Source: a virus (lineage: Duplodnaviria; Caudoviricetes). From it: a DNA stretch of 64,000 nucleotides. Made by a program: the position numbers and the translations under genes. Shown here in pieces: positions 29,327 to 39,259 of the stretch. The stretch covers positions 59,129 through 123,128 of IMG/VR virus record IMGVR_UViG_3300032138_000942; one strand, 5' to 3'. Numbering within the stretch: position 1 is the first letter of the stretch; each line of letters starts with the position of its first letter. The notes beneath the pieces are model-generated. The model was not told the origin of the DNA. It made no database searches and saw nothing but the letters and a program-made list of their open reading frames with translations.

Positions 29327-29746
29327 ATGGGAGCAGCATACGATAAAGGATCTACACATCCACGAACAATGAGAACACGGCAGCCAACTAACTTAGTTGA
29401 AGTCTCCGGCTCTTTCGGGGTCGAAGTACAAACCCTAGCCTCTGCCCATCCGGTGGGAGCTATAAATAAGTTTCCCTCGTATTCGACAGGAAACCAGAGA
29501 TTTTTACATGTTTATCTCGACGCTACCGGGACTGCCAACGCCGTTAATATCACCGTTTATGGGGCGAATAGGTCTTTTGGTAAGTGGGGACCGCTCTATG
29601 ATGTAAGGGGAACACAGGTCAAGGTCACAGCGAATAATGCCATAAAAATGCAGGTTTTTGAAATAGCTGGTGTTGATCGAGTTTATTTTTTAGCGGATAC
29701 CTTCGACCCGGATGATGCCCTCTTTGCCGGCACCTGTACTTTTTAA
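29327..29746 (+). CDS. Hypothetical beta-rich (probable virion) protein
   Basis: 139 aa; ACTATTTA at 29285-29292, AGGAG RBS. Confidence 0.6.
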   Translation: MGAAYDKGSTHPRTMRTRQPTNLVEVSGSFGVEVQTLASAHPVGAINKFPSYSTGNQRFLHVYLDATGTANAVNITVYGANRSFGKWGPLYDVRGTQVKVTANNAIKMQVFEIAGVDRVYFLADTFDPDDALFAGTCTF

Positions 29747-29813
29747 CAAATGGCGTTTTCTAGTTATACCAACTATTTATCTTTGATTGCAACCACTTTA
29801 TGGAGTACATGAC

Positions 29814-30902
29814 ATGTCAAAGATGCTAGAACAAGCTATTATCGACGCCGAAGCACTTCGAGAAGCCGCTCTTCAAAACGCTGAGCAGGCTATTATCGAG
29901 AAGTATTCTTCGGAGGTCAAAGAAGCTGTGAACCAAATTTTAGAGCAACCCGAAGAGGAAGCTCTCCCCCTTGGAGGTGAAGTCGCCCCAGACGAAGGTG
30001 CCGTCGCTCCCGAAGGTGAATTTGCCGACGTCGCCCGTGCTGATATGGATGGTGACGATTTGTGTCCATGTCCTGATGAAGGAGACGATATTGAAATCGA
30101 TCTTATGGCCATTGCTCGTGAGCTTGAAACAGATCAAGAAAAAGAAAAAGTTTCAAGAGACGCTGTGGTTGACATCCAGCCAGAGGAAGGCGAAGAAGAG
30201 GAAGAAGAGGAAGAATTAGTTGGACTTAGTGAAGATTTTGAAATTCCAGATGAGTTTATTGACCATCTGTTGGAAAAGCTCTCTTTTAACACTCACCCCG
30301 TCCCTTCTGGTGTCCCTGGTGGTGGAACGAACATCACTACGGAAAGAGAAATAGAAGATGTAGTTAAAGCTCGTATGGCTGTTGAAGAACTTGAAGACAG
30401 TGTAAACGAGGAGGAAGAAGCCCAAGAGTCCTTTGCTGACCAGGCTAATTCCGAACGACCGCTCGTTAAAGTCGACTCTAAGCAAGAGCTTGAGTTAACC
30501 GAGCAAATTGAAAATTTGACAAACCAAAGAAATAATCTTGTTCAAGAAAATAACGAGATTAAGTCTTTGTTGTTAAAAGCAAAGGTAAAGCTTCAAGAGG
30601 TCAACCTGACCAATGCTCAGCTTTACTATACAAACAAAGTTTTGGGTAGCACCTCCCTGAATGAGCGACAAAAAAATACAATTGTCGAGTCTCTATCCAA
30701 TACTTCAACTGTTGAGGAGACAAAAATCATTTATGAAACTCTTCAAAGCTCAGTGGGGCAAGACGTTAAGTCTAGGCCACAATCACTGAGCGAAGTGGTA
30801 AGTCGACCTTCAGCAGTTATTCCTCGAAGAGAGGAAAAAGTTGTTAAGGATACAGTGTCTAATCGCTGGAAAGCCTTAGCAGGTATTGATAAAAAACGAT
30901 AA
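29814..30902 (+). CDS. Prohead scaffolding/core protein (T4 gp22-like)
   Basis: Very acidic, coiled coil, immediately upstream of the MCP; start chosen by GGAG RBS at 29802; ACTATTTA at 29772-29779; ends RWKALAGIDKKR. Confidence 0.75.
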   Translation: MSKMLEQAIIDAEALREAALQNAEQAIIEKYSSEVKEAVNQILEQPEEEALPLGGEVAPDEGAVAPEGEFADVARADMDGDDLCPCPDEGDDIEIDLMAIARELETDQEKEKVSRDAVVDIQPEEGEEEEEEEELVGLSEDFEIPDEFIDHLLEKLSFNTHPVPSGVPGGGTNITTEREIEDVVKARMAVEELEDSVNEEEEAQESFADQANSERPLVKVDSKQELELTEQIENLTNQRNNLVQENNEIKSLLLKAKVKLQEVNLTNAQLYYTNKVLGSTSLNERQKNTIVESLSNTSTVEETKIIYETLQSSVGQDVKSRPQSLSEVVSRPSAVIPRREEKVVKDTVSNRWKALAGIDKKR

Positions 30903-30919
30903 TATAAGGAGAATTCAAA

Positions 30920-32656
30920 ATGTCCGTTTTAGAAAAACTTACCGAAGGTATCGTTAATAGAGACTTACAAAAGGAAGGTGCTGCACTGCTTGACAAGTGG
31001 GAACGTACTGGTCTTTTGGAAGGAATTGTTACCGACTCCGAAAAAAATGGTATGGCCCGCCTCCTGGAAAACCAGGCAAAAGAGCTACTTCGTGAGGCTT
31101 CCACAATGGCAGCTGGTGATGTTGAGGGATTTGCTTCTGTAGCATTCCCTCTCGTTCGCCGTGTCTTTGGTGGCCTTATTGCTAACGATCTTGTTAGTGT
31201 ACAACCAATGAGCCTCCCATCGGGACTCATTTTCTTCCTTGACTTTACGTTCCAAGCAGCTAAGTTGGGTGAAGAGACTGATAGTTCCATCTATGGTGGT
31301 GGCGTTGTTGGTCAACAATTGACCGGTGGTGTATCCCTCACTGGGGAGAATGCTGAAGATGGTCCGTATAACCTTAATAATGGTTATGCTTCCCCAACAG
31401 CATCCACAGGCGAGGCTATCGACGTCGGCGCAGCAGCCGCTACGCTCGGCGATGTCATTGCCGGAACCGCTTCTTTCGGTGACGAGGCCCTTGACCTCGC
31501 CATCCGATTCGATCCAGACCTCTCTGGCTCTGGTGTAGTAGTCGCGTCTATGACCGGTTCTGCCAATTGGGCACAACTGAACCTCCGTGACCTTGTGGCA
31601 ATTTCCGCCACTGGTTCAACTGGTAATGGTACTTTGGTCCGTCGATTGACTTCGATTCACTCTGGTTCAACCTCGGATGCAGATCCAACCAATGCCAACT
31701 TCAAATTGAAGATGGTTTGGCAAGCCAGTTCACTTGCTGTAACGGATAATCTCCGAAAAGAGCTTGAGGATAATGGTGCCCTACGCTTGAACTTCCCAAT
31801 CACAGACAACTTCGACAACGTAACCCAGGTTGCTGATGCTCGTGGTATTGGTGCTGTTGTTGGTGCTGACACTTGGGGTCTTGAAAACCAATCCGACATC
31901 CCAGAGATCGACCTTAAAGTCGATTCCGTGTCCGTAACAGCCATGACCAAAAAGCTGAAGGCCCGCTGGACCCCAGAACTTGGTCAGGATCTTAATGCTT
32001 ATCACAATCTCGACGCCGAGGTTGAGCTTACTGGCATTCTCTCTGAGCAGATCGCTTTGGAGATTGACCGTGAGATTCTTGAAGATCTGATCATGGGTGC
32101 CACAGGCGCTACTCTTTACTGGTCTAGAAATGCTGGTAAATTTGTTAACCGTGAGACTGGTGCTGAAATTGGAGCAACAACCGTTACTCCAGACTTCACC
32201 GGTACAGTGTCTGAGTGGTATGAGACTCTCTGTGAGACAATTAATGATTGCTCCGCTCGTATCCACCGTAAGACACTTCGTGGTGGAGCTAACTTCATTG
32301 TTTGTTCCCCCGAGGTTGCCAGCATCCTTGAGTTTACCTCTGGCTTCCGTGCTGACGTAACCGGCGACGGCGACCGTGGCTCGGTTGGCGCTGTTAAGGT
32401 TGGTTCTCTCACCAAGAAGTGGGACGTATATGTCGACCCTTACTTCCCACGTAATGTGGTTCTTGTAGGTCGTCGTGGAGGCTCTTTCCTTGAAAGTGGC
32501 TACGTGTACGCTCCATATGTACCTCTCCAGGTCACACCGACTATTTTCGGTATCGATGACTTCACCCCACGTAAGGGTGTAATGACTCGCTACGCTAAGA
32601 AGATGGTTAGACCTGATATGTATGGTCTTGTTATTGTTGAGAACCTTGTTGGTTAA
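30920..32656 (+). CDS. Major capsid protein (T4 gp23-like)
   Basis: 'LLENQ', 'VQPMSLPSGLIFFLD', 'KLKARWTPELGQDLNAYHNLDAEVEL', 'EIDREIL', 'YAPYVPL', 'FTPRKGVMTRY'. Confidence 0.96.
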   Translation: MSVLEKLTEGIVNRDLQKEGAALLDKWERTGLLEGIVTDSEKNGMARLLENQAKELLREASTMAAGDVEGFASVAFPLVRRVFGGLIANDLVSVQPMSLPSGLIFFLDFTFQAAKLGEETDSSIYGGGVVGQQLTGGVSLTGENAEDGPYNLNNGYASPTASTGEAIDVGAAAATLGDVIAGTASFGDEALDLAIRFDPDLSGSGVVVASMTGSANWAQLNLRDLVAISATGSTGNGTLVRRLTSIHSGSTSDADPTNANFKLKMVWQASSLAVTDNLRKELEDNGALRLNFPITDNFDNVTQVADARGIGAVVGADTWGLENQSDIPEIDLKVDSVSVTAMTKKLKARWTPELGQDLNAYHNLDAEVELTGILSEQIALEIDREILEDLIMGATGATLYWSRNAGKFVNRETGAEIGATTVTPDFTGTVSEWYETLCETINDCSARIHRKTLRGGANFIVCSPEVASILEFTSGFRADVTGDGDRGSVGAVKVGSLTKKWDVYVDPYFPRNVVLVGRRGGSFLESGYVYAPYVPLQVTPTIFGIDDFTPRKGVMTRYAKKMVRPDMYGLVIVENLVG

Positions 32657-32683
32657 ACAATAATTTAACGCTTCTCAAAGAGC

Positions 32684-32720
32684 AAGCCCCTCTTGGATTC
32701 GTCCTTGAGGGGCTTTTTTT
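32684..32720 (+). terminator. Rho-independent terminator after MCP
   Basis: AAGCCCCTC-TTGGA-TTCG-TCC-TT-GAGGGGCTT followed by a T run. Confidence 0.85.
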
Positions 32721-32820
32721 GTTGGTAAACGTGCCATGGAGCACTATTTATAATACACACCCTTTTACAGGTTGTGAATGCATTCATTTAAAGAAACAAA
32801 CAAAAGGAGGGTTTTTTATT

Positions 32821-33267
32821 ATGTCTAAAAGATCAGTTAATTTATTGAGAAAGGGGATGGACCCGCAGATGACAATCAGCGGTGCTGCCCAAGTTCAGAG
32901 AGTCATTGCCGTAGGTGATGCCGAAACAAAAGAATTGGCAGCGTCGGATTCGGGAGCGCTTGTCACACTCGAAGGAAGTTCAGGTGTTGCAACGGTGACG
33001 TTACCAGCAGTGGGCGCCGGCCTTCGCTTTACTATTATGGCGATATCGGCACATGTCCATATCATAAACGGTGGAGCTTCTGTAATCCAGGGTTCGTACT
33101 TTCATAGTGCGAACAAGGGAACAGTTGCTCATGTGGCTATTGCTAACAAAACTAGCCTTACACTTCACGCGTCTAATCCCGCCATTGGCGACACATTAGA
33201 GTTCTGGTGTAACGGTACCAACTGGTATGTTACCGGTCTGGTTAACAACGCGATTACACAAGCCTAA
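32821..33267 (+). CDS. Probable virion accessory/decoration protein
   Basis: Start at ATG 32821 (AAGGAGG RBS); ACTATTTA at 32743-32750; beta-rich 'TVTLPAVGAGLRFTI...GDTLEFWCNGTNWYV'; monocistronic between two terminators. Confidence 0.6.
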   Translation: MSKRSVNLLRKGMDPQMTISGAAQVQRVIAVGDAETKELAASDSGALVTLEGSSGVATVTLPAVGAGLRFTIMAISAHVHIINGGASVIQGSYFHSANKGTVAHVAIANKTSLTLHASNPAIGDTLEFWCNGTNWYVTGLVNNAITQA

Positions 33268-33300
33268 TTCTAATTTCTTAATAATAATTTCTTAATTATG

Positions 33301-33336
33301 GCCCCCCTTTCCTTCGGGAGAGGGGGGTTTCTTTTT
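33301..33336 (+). terminator. Rho-independent terminator (cUUCGg loop)
   Basis: GCCCCCCTTTCC-TTCG-GGAGAGGGGGGT followed by TTCTTTTT. Confidence 0.85.
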
Positions 33337-33369
33337 GTCAAAACTATTTATATCACGAGGATCAAATGA

Positions 33370-34683
33370 ATGTCGACAACAAACCTATCACCTGTCAGTG
33401 TCACTAGCTCAATTACGCTGCCCGCTTCCGGGACCTTTGTTGGTCAGGGAGCCGGCGGAACCGAGGTAAAAAGCGGAGTAGTTTTCGGCATATACACAGG
33501 AAGTGTTTCTTTCATTACAGGCGCTCAAGACCAAGTTGCTTACGTTTATAAGAAGCTTGGCGGCGATGTTCTGGACATCGAAATTACAGAAGGCCAGGTG
33601 TATGCCGCTTACGAAGAGGCAGTTCTGGAATATTCTTATATTGTGAACCTCCACCAGGCAAAAAATTCTTTATCTGATTTATTGGGCTCTGAGACAGGAA
33701 GTTTCGACAGCAAAGGTGAATATATGGATGGGGGAATTTCTTCCTCTCTCGGTCATAATCCATATGGCGGAGACAATGTGGCTGAAAAGTACCCCAATAT
33801 TACTTTCTCTTACGAAAGAAAAACAGGCCAAGCGGTGTCTAATGATGTCAATTTAAATGGATATGAAACAGTTTATTCAGCCTCATTCAATACCACAGGC
33901 GGAGTTCAGGATTATGATCTTCAGGCCATTATATCCGAGAAGGCAGGAGATGATTCAGCCCTTGCTTATTATAATAAGGTTGGCAATAATCGACTGATGA
34001 TTAGAAAAGTGTTTTATAAATCCCCTGCTGCCATGTGGAGATTTTATGGATATTATGGAGGTCTCAACACCGTGGGAAATTTACAGAACTACGGCCAGTG
34101 GGCTGATGATTCACAATTTCAAATTATTCCAGTATGGCAAAACAAACTTCAAAATATGGCCTTTCAAGATGCCATTTACACACGAAATTCTCAATACTCT
34201 TTCGAATTAAAAAATAATAAATTAAGAATATTTCCAAACGCGACTTCTGCCGGTCCTAAAAAAATGTGGGTGGAATTTGTCATTGCCAACGAACAACAAC
34301 CATGGGAAGAGGATGCTGATAGACTCAACAACGTGAGCGGAGTTAATAATGTTAACACCGTTCCATTTAAGAATCTTATTTATGAGCACATCAACTCCAT
34401 GGGCAAACAATGGATTCGTCGATTCACCTTATCTCTGTGTAAAGAAATGCTCGGCCTCGTCCGAAGCAAGTTCGGAACTATCCCAATCCCAGGGAATAAT
34501 TTATCTTTGAACGGAGACGCCTTAGTAAGCCAGGGCAAAGAAGAACAAACAGCACTGAGGGACGAATTGAAGACAATACTTGAAGACTTAACGTATTCCA
34601 AGCTCGTTGCCGAAGATGCCGCCAAGATAGAGTCGGTCTTAAAAGTCCAAGAAAGAATGCCCCTTCCAGTATTCACGGGGTAA
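33370..34683 (+). CDS. Neck protein (T4 gp13-like)
   Basis: Position after MCP; 'KKLGGDVLDIEIT', 'WIRRFTLSLCKEMLGLVRSKF..IPIPG..LNGDAL'; ACTATTTA at 33343-33350. Confidence 0.78.
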   Translation: MSTTNLSPVSVTSSITLPASGTFVGQGAGGTEVKSGVVFGIYTGSVSFITGAQDQVAYVYKKLGGDVLDIEITEGQVYAAYEEAVLEYSYIVNLHQAKNSLSDLLGSETGSFDSKGEYMDGGISSSLGHNPYGGDNVAEKYPNITFSYERKTGQAVSNDVNLNGYETVYSASFNTTGGVQDYDLQAIISEKAGDDSALAYYNKVGNNRLMIRKVFYKSPAAMWRFYGYYGGLNTVGNLQNYGQWADDSQFQIIPVWQNKLQNMAFQDAIYTRNSQYSFELKNNKLRIFPNATSAGPKKMWVEFVIANEQQPWEEDADRLNNVSGVNNVNTVPFKNLIYEHINSMGKQWIRRFTLSLCKEMLGLVRSKFGTIPIPGNNLSLNGDALVSQGKEEQTALRDELKTILEDLTYSKLVAEDAAKIESVLKVQERMPLPVFTG

Positions 34684-34687
34684 ATAA

Positions 34688-35185
34688 ATGTCGAACGATA
34701 AAAATAAATGGTCCCAACCGGCTGCCCCGCCCCCCCCGCTTTTTGTTGGGCAAAAAGAAAGGAACCTCATTAAACAAGTTAATGATGAGCTAATTGAAGA
34801 TGTCATCGGCCAACAGGTGCTTTATTTTCCGATAAGCCAAGAATACACCAATTATCACCCTGTATATGGGGAGGCCATTCATAAAACTTTTATGCCCCCA
34901 ATTCGAGTCTATGTTCTGGTTGACTGGGAAGGGGACGCAACAACATTTATGAATAACGTTGCCGTTGACCGATACACCAGCATCACACTTCACTTTCATA
35001 AACGCCGACTTACAGAGGATCAAGATCTTAATGTTCGTGTCGGAGACTTCGTTCAATATGGCGACAGCTTTTATGAGATCGTGACGCTGGACGAACCAAC
35101 CGAGATCTACGGACAAAATAAACACCGAATGGAAATCTCAGCCAAGTGTATTTACTCAAGAGAGGGATTGTTCAATGCCGAATGA
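34688..35185 (+). CDS. Neck/head-closure protein (T4 gp14-like)
   Basis: 'GQQVLYF', 'VYGE', 'VRVGDFV...FYEI'; synteny. Confidence 0.7.
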   Translation: MSNDKNKWSQPAAPPPPLFVGQKERNLIKQVNDELIEDVIGQQVLYFPISQEYTNYHPVYGEAIHKTFMPPIRVYVLVDWEGDATTFMNNVAVDRYTSITLHFHKRRLTEDQDLNVRVGDFVQYGDSFYEIVTLDEPTEIYGQNKHRMEISAKCIYSREGLFNAE

Positions 35186-36053
35186 TAAAGACCATACTGG
35201 AGTCGATGACCCAAGCATTGTTGAAGAGAGAATTATTACTCCTTCGACTTTGGAAACTATCGATGAAGCGTTCTTCAAATATATGGACGAGAGCTTTAAT
35301 ATTCATTGTGAAACAAACAAAGGTTTTGCCAAGGTTCCTCTGCTGTGGCTCTCGGCAGAAAGAGCATTCCAAATTAAAAATAACCGAGACGTCAGAAACA
35401 ACAAAGACGCTCTGGTCCTCCCAGTAATGACAGTGGAGAGGACGTCCGTTATCAAAGACCCCAATCGAAAAGGGATTTTTTACGGAAACATTCCGGAAAT
35501 GTTTGATGCCCAGGGTGGCTCAATCGTTATTGCTCGGAGAATCAACCAAGACAAGACTAAAAACTTTGCCAACGCTGACACATATCGTTACGCCCGAGGA
35601 GGGAGCCATCAAATAAACTTCCCCAGAAAAAATGATAAAGTGGTTTATCAAAGCATCTCTATTCCAATGCCGGTTTATGTGACCATTAATTATAATGTGG
35701 TTCTCACGTCTCAATATCAACAACAGATGAATCAGATGGTAACACCTTTTATGTCGAGAACAGGAGCAATTAATACTTTTGTAATCCGCCGAGATGGACA
35801 TGTGTATGAGTCGTTCATCCAACAGGACTTTTCACAAAATAATAATGTCGCTAGTTTAGGCGAGGACGAGAGAAGTTATCAAACCACAGTGGCGATTGAA
35901 GTGCTTGGATATCTCATCGGAGATGACGTAAACCAAGAGAAACCCAAGATCGTGGTAAGAGAGAATGCCGTCCAGGTTAGACTCCCTCGTGAGCATGTGA
36001 TTATGGGTGACATCCCCAGCCAAATTGACAAGCGTGGCTTTTATCGATCCTAA
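35175..36053 (+). CDS. Tail terminator/sheath stabiliser (T4 gp15-like)
   Basis: 'KVPLLW', 'LPVMTV', 'PMPVYVTINYNV'; lies between neck and sheath genes. Confidence 0.65.
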   Translation: MPNDKDHTGVDDPSIVEERIITPSTLETIDEAFFKYMDESFNIHCETNKGFAKVPLLWLSAERAFQIKNNRDVRNNKDALVLPVMTVERTSVIKDPNRKGIFYGNIPEMFDAQGGSIVIARRINQDKTKNFANADTYRYARGGSHQINFPRKNDKVVYQSISIPMPVYVTINYNVVLTSQYQQQMNQMVTPFMSRTGAINTFVIRRDGHVYESFIQQDFSQNNNVASLGEDERSYQTTVAIEVLGYLIGDDVNQEKPKIVVRENAVQVRLPREHVIMGDIPSQIDKRGFYRS

Positions 36054-36118
36054 AAGGTCTTTTAGCTCTAACTCTTACTATTTATTTAAGAATTATTCTG
36101 TAAAGGAGAATACACGCT

Positions 36119-39100
36119 ATGTCATCAAGAAAATTTAAATTTGTCTCTCCAGGCATCTTTCTCTCGGAGATTGATAACTCCGCCCTTTCAAATCAAGGAG
36201 TGGGAACACCAATCGGCCCTGTAGTCGTCGGTAGAACGTTGAGAGGCCCAGCCCTCCGTCCCGTCACAGTAAACTCGTTTTCTGAGTTTGTCACCATCTT
36301 TGGTGAGCCACAACCTGGAGGAAACGGCCAAGATATTTGGAGAGAGGGATCAGATCGTCTTGGGCCAACTTATGCTGCTTATGCTGCCCAAGCTTGGTTA
36401 AGGAACAATTCTCCACTTACAGTAATCAGACTTCTGGGTGATCAAGGACCCAACGCCGCTTCCGAAGGTTATGCCGGATACGGTGGAACCAACAAAACAG
36501 CGCCTGTTGATTTTGGAAGTGTCGGCGGGGGCACAGATCCAGGCTATGCTGGCTATGGCGGCGCTTATGGTGTCTTCACAATGAACTCTGGCAGCGGTGT
36601 AGGCATCGACGCCAACAACGGCCCCAACCATGGAGCCGTCTTGAGCGCCATCATTTATACCAATAATACGGTGACGCCCGCTCTTTATGGAACCCCACTC
36701 AGTGGAGCCATGACCGTGTTCACGTCTGCCGCCACAGCTTCTCAGGCGGTTGTGATGCCAACTAACTCAGCTGGCAACTTTGTGGTGGCTATTGGAACTG
36801 TTGGCCAGCACGGCGCCGGCACTGCGGGCCGTTTCGAATTTAACTTTAACAGGAATAGTGATAAGTATATCCGAAAAGTTCTTAGCACAAACCCGACGCT
36901 CTTAAACGGTGATATCACCTCGACAGCCGCATCTAAAAACTATTTCTTGGGTGAAACATTCGATGCTATGCTGAGAACCGGCTCTATTGGAGATTACAAC
37001 CTCGGCGCCGGTAACGTTAACAGCCTAAATACCAATATGACTAGTCAATCTGATATCAATAATGCCTTTATTATCGGGTTGGCCACTCAGGCCGATTTGA
37101 ACTGGAATGATAAGGCTTTTGAGAAGAAAGAGCCTCAGACAACATGGATTATTGGTCAGGACTTGGGAGATGCAACAGCCTTCAATTATGACAGCGCTCA
37201 GAAGCTCTTCCGACTTCACTCTATGGACCATGGTGAGTGGGTTCAGAGCAATCTTAAAGTAAGTATTGAAGATATCCGCCCCCCTTCTAATGATTCTGAC
37301 ACCTATGGAACATTTACTGTTGCCCTCAGAAGTATGAGTGATAGCGACAAAAACCCCATGTACGTGGAGAAGTTTAGTGGGTGTGACTTGAACCCTAATT
37401 CTCCCAACTATGTTGCCCGAAAAATTGGTGACAAATATGTGGCTTGGAATTATACTGATGAAAGACTCTTGGAGTATGGAACTTATCCAAATGCCTCCAA
37501 GTTTGTTCGAGTCGAAGTCAATTCAGATCTCGACGACGGCGCTCTAGATTCTCGTTATTTGCCGTTTGGATTCTTGGGAACTCCAAGATGGAATCTTTTG
37601 ACAGCGGTTTCTAATTCGCTCGGGACAGGCGATGGAGATATCGGCTCTAACGGTCGTTTGGAGAGCACTGCTGTGATAGCAGCGAACAACGATATCGCCA
37701 TGTATGATGCAAACTTCCTATCCGTTAGTTCATCTACCTTCGTTGTTGCTAACGTGGGCGGAAATCAGGGAACAGGCGACTTCGACTCCGGAATTCCCAA
37801 CATCGGATACTTGACTGCCTCCTACTTTATGCCCACCGTCCCTCTTCGAATTAGTTCGAGTGATGGTCAATTGGCCGAGCCCACGAATGCTTATTGGGGA
37901 GCTAGTGTTGGTCGAGCAGCATCATACAACACATATGATGAGAGCATTGTTGATTTCCTTAGAGTCCCAGGCGCCGACCTCGACCCCGCAAGCAACATTT
38001 ATCAGGAGCATCCTTATGTTTTCACTCTTGATGACATTTCGGGATCAGGCCCATCACTTAAGAATCACTCTCAATATGTTTCTGGATCCCGTGTTCACAG
38101 CACCGCTAATCAGAAGTCTTTGACTGCTGTATATGGATGGGAGGCAGTATTGACTGGTTCCACTCTTGATAGTGCTGAAGGTCACATTGGTGGTTGGGAT
38201 CGATTTACCACGCTTTTCCATGGCGGATTCAATGGTTTGGATATCACCGAGAAAGACCCATTCCGTAATAACGCTTTTGTCGCTTCTCCAACTCAAGCTA
38301 ACGACTATCGTTATCAGACGATTAAGCGAGCAATTGACACCTTGAGGGATCCCGAGTTCGTCGAATTTAACTTGGCGACCATTCCTGGTCTTACTCAGAA
38401 AGATTTGACTGATCACCTGATTGAGACTTGTCAGGAAAGAGCAGATGCTCTCGCCGTCATCGATCTTGAAGGCGACTATGTGCCTCGAACCGAGAACACA
38501 GCTACTGCTGCTACTCGTCGACCCAATGTTGGCGAGACTGTGAGGAACCTCAAGCTTCGTAATATTAATAGTAGTTACGGTGCCGCTTATTTCCCATGGG
38601 TTCAGATCCGAGACACAAACAACAGTCAGGTTGTGGATGTTCCACCATCGGTTGTCGCCCTCGGAACAATTTCCAACAGCGAAAGACAGTCTTCACTCTG
38701 GTTTGCTCCAGCCGGGTTCACTCGTGGTGGCCTTTCCGAAGGCGCTGCCGGAATCCCAGTCGTTGGAATCAAAGCTCAGCTTACTTCCAAAGACAGAGAC
38801 AACCTTTATGAAGCAAACATTAATCCGATTGCTTCTTTCCCTGCCGAGGGAATTGTGGTCTTCGGCCAAAAGACCCTTCAGGTCACGCCATCGGCACTTG
38901 ACAGGGTGAATGTAAGAAGATTGTTGATTTTTATCAAGAAGCAGGTTTCCAGAATCGCTGCCACCACTCTCTTCGAACAAAATGTCCAAGCAACATGGGA
39001 CCGATTCAGTAACCGAGTAGAAACACTGCTCAGTGGAATCAAGGCTGCTCAAGGTCTCACAGACTATCGAGTTATCTTGGACAAGACAACCACAACACCA

Positions 39101-39217
39101 GAACTTATTGATCGAAACATCATGTATGCCAAGGTGTTCTTGAAGCCAGCCAGAGCTATTGAGTTTGTGGCACTTGACTTCACAGTGACAGATTCTGGAG
39201 CAGCTTTCGATGATTAA
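36119..39217 (+). CDS. Tail sheath protein (T4 gp18-like)
   Basis: 'FVSPGIFLSEID', 'SSYGAAYFPW', 'WFAPAGFTRG', 'RDNLYEANINPI', 'GQKTLQ..SALDRVNVRRL', 'KPARAIEFV'; ACTATTTA at 36077-36084. Confidence 0.95.
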   Translation: MSSRKFKFVSPGIFLSEIDNSALSNQGVGTPIGPVVVGRTLRGPALRPVTVNSFSEFVTIFGEPQPGGNGQDIWREGSDRLGPTYAAYAAQAWLRNNSPLTVIRLLGDQGPNAASEGYAGYGGTNKTAPVDFGSVGGGTDPGYAGYGGAYGVFTMNSGSGVGIDANNGPNHGAVLSAIIYTNNTVTPALYGTPLSGAMTVFTSAATASQAVVMPTNSAGNFVVAIGTVGQHGAGTAGRFEFNFNRNSDKYIRKVLSTNPTLLNGDITSTAASKNYFLGETFDAMLRTGSIGDYNLGAGNVNSLNTNMTSQSDINNAFIIGLATQADLNWNDKAFEKKEPQTTWIIGQDLGDATAFNYDSAQKLFRLHSMDHGEWVQSNLKVSIEDIRPPSNDSDTYGTFTVALRSMSDSDKNPMYVEKFSGCDLNPNSPNYVARKIGDKYVAWNYTDERLLEYGTYPNASKFVRVEVNSDLDDGALDSRYLPFGFLGTPRWNLLTAVSNSLGTGDGDIGSNGRLESTAVIAANNDIAMYDANFLSVSSSTFVVANVGGNQGTGDFDSGIPNIGYLTASYFMPTVPLRISSSDGQLAEPTNAYWGASVGRAASYNTYDESIVDFLRVPGADLDPASNIYQEHPYVFTLDDISGSGPSLKNHSQYVSGSRVHSTANQKSLTAVYGWEAVLTGSTLDSAEGHIGGWDRFTTLFHGGFNGLDITEKDPFRNNAFVASPTQANDYRYQTIKRAIDTLRDPEFVEFNLATIPGLTQKDLTDHLIETCQERADALAVIDLEGDYVPRTENTATAATRRPNVGETVRNLKLRNINSSYGAAYFPWVQIRDTNNSQVVDVPPSVVALGTISNSERQSSLWFAPAGFTRGGLSEGAAGIPVVGIKAQLTSKDRDNLYEANINPIASFPAEGIVVFGQKTLQVTPSALDRVNVRRLLIFIKKQVSRIAATTLFEQNVQATWDRFSNRVETLLSGIKAAQGLTDYRVILDKTTTTPELIDRNIMYAKVFLKPARAIEFVALDFTVTDSGAAFDD

Positions 39218-39259
39218 TTTTAATGGTCAACTATTTATTACAAAGGAGTTTAAGAACTA

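Noticed and set aside
32719-32820. Longer N-termini given by the ORF track (also 22947, 29787, 54125, 55074, 57155, 58470, 60974)
   Set aside because: The extensions overlap terminators, promoters or upstream genes; downstream starts with SD sequences or stop-start coupling are more plausible.
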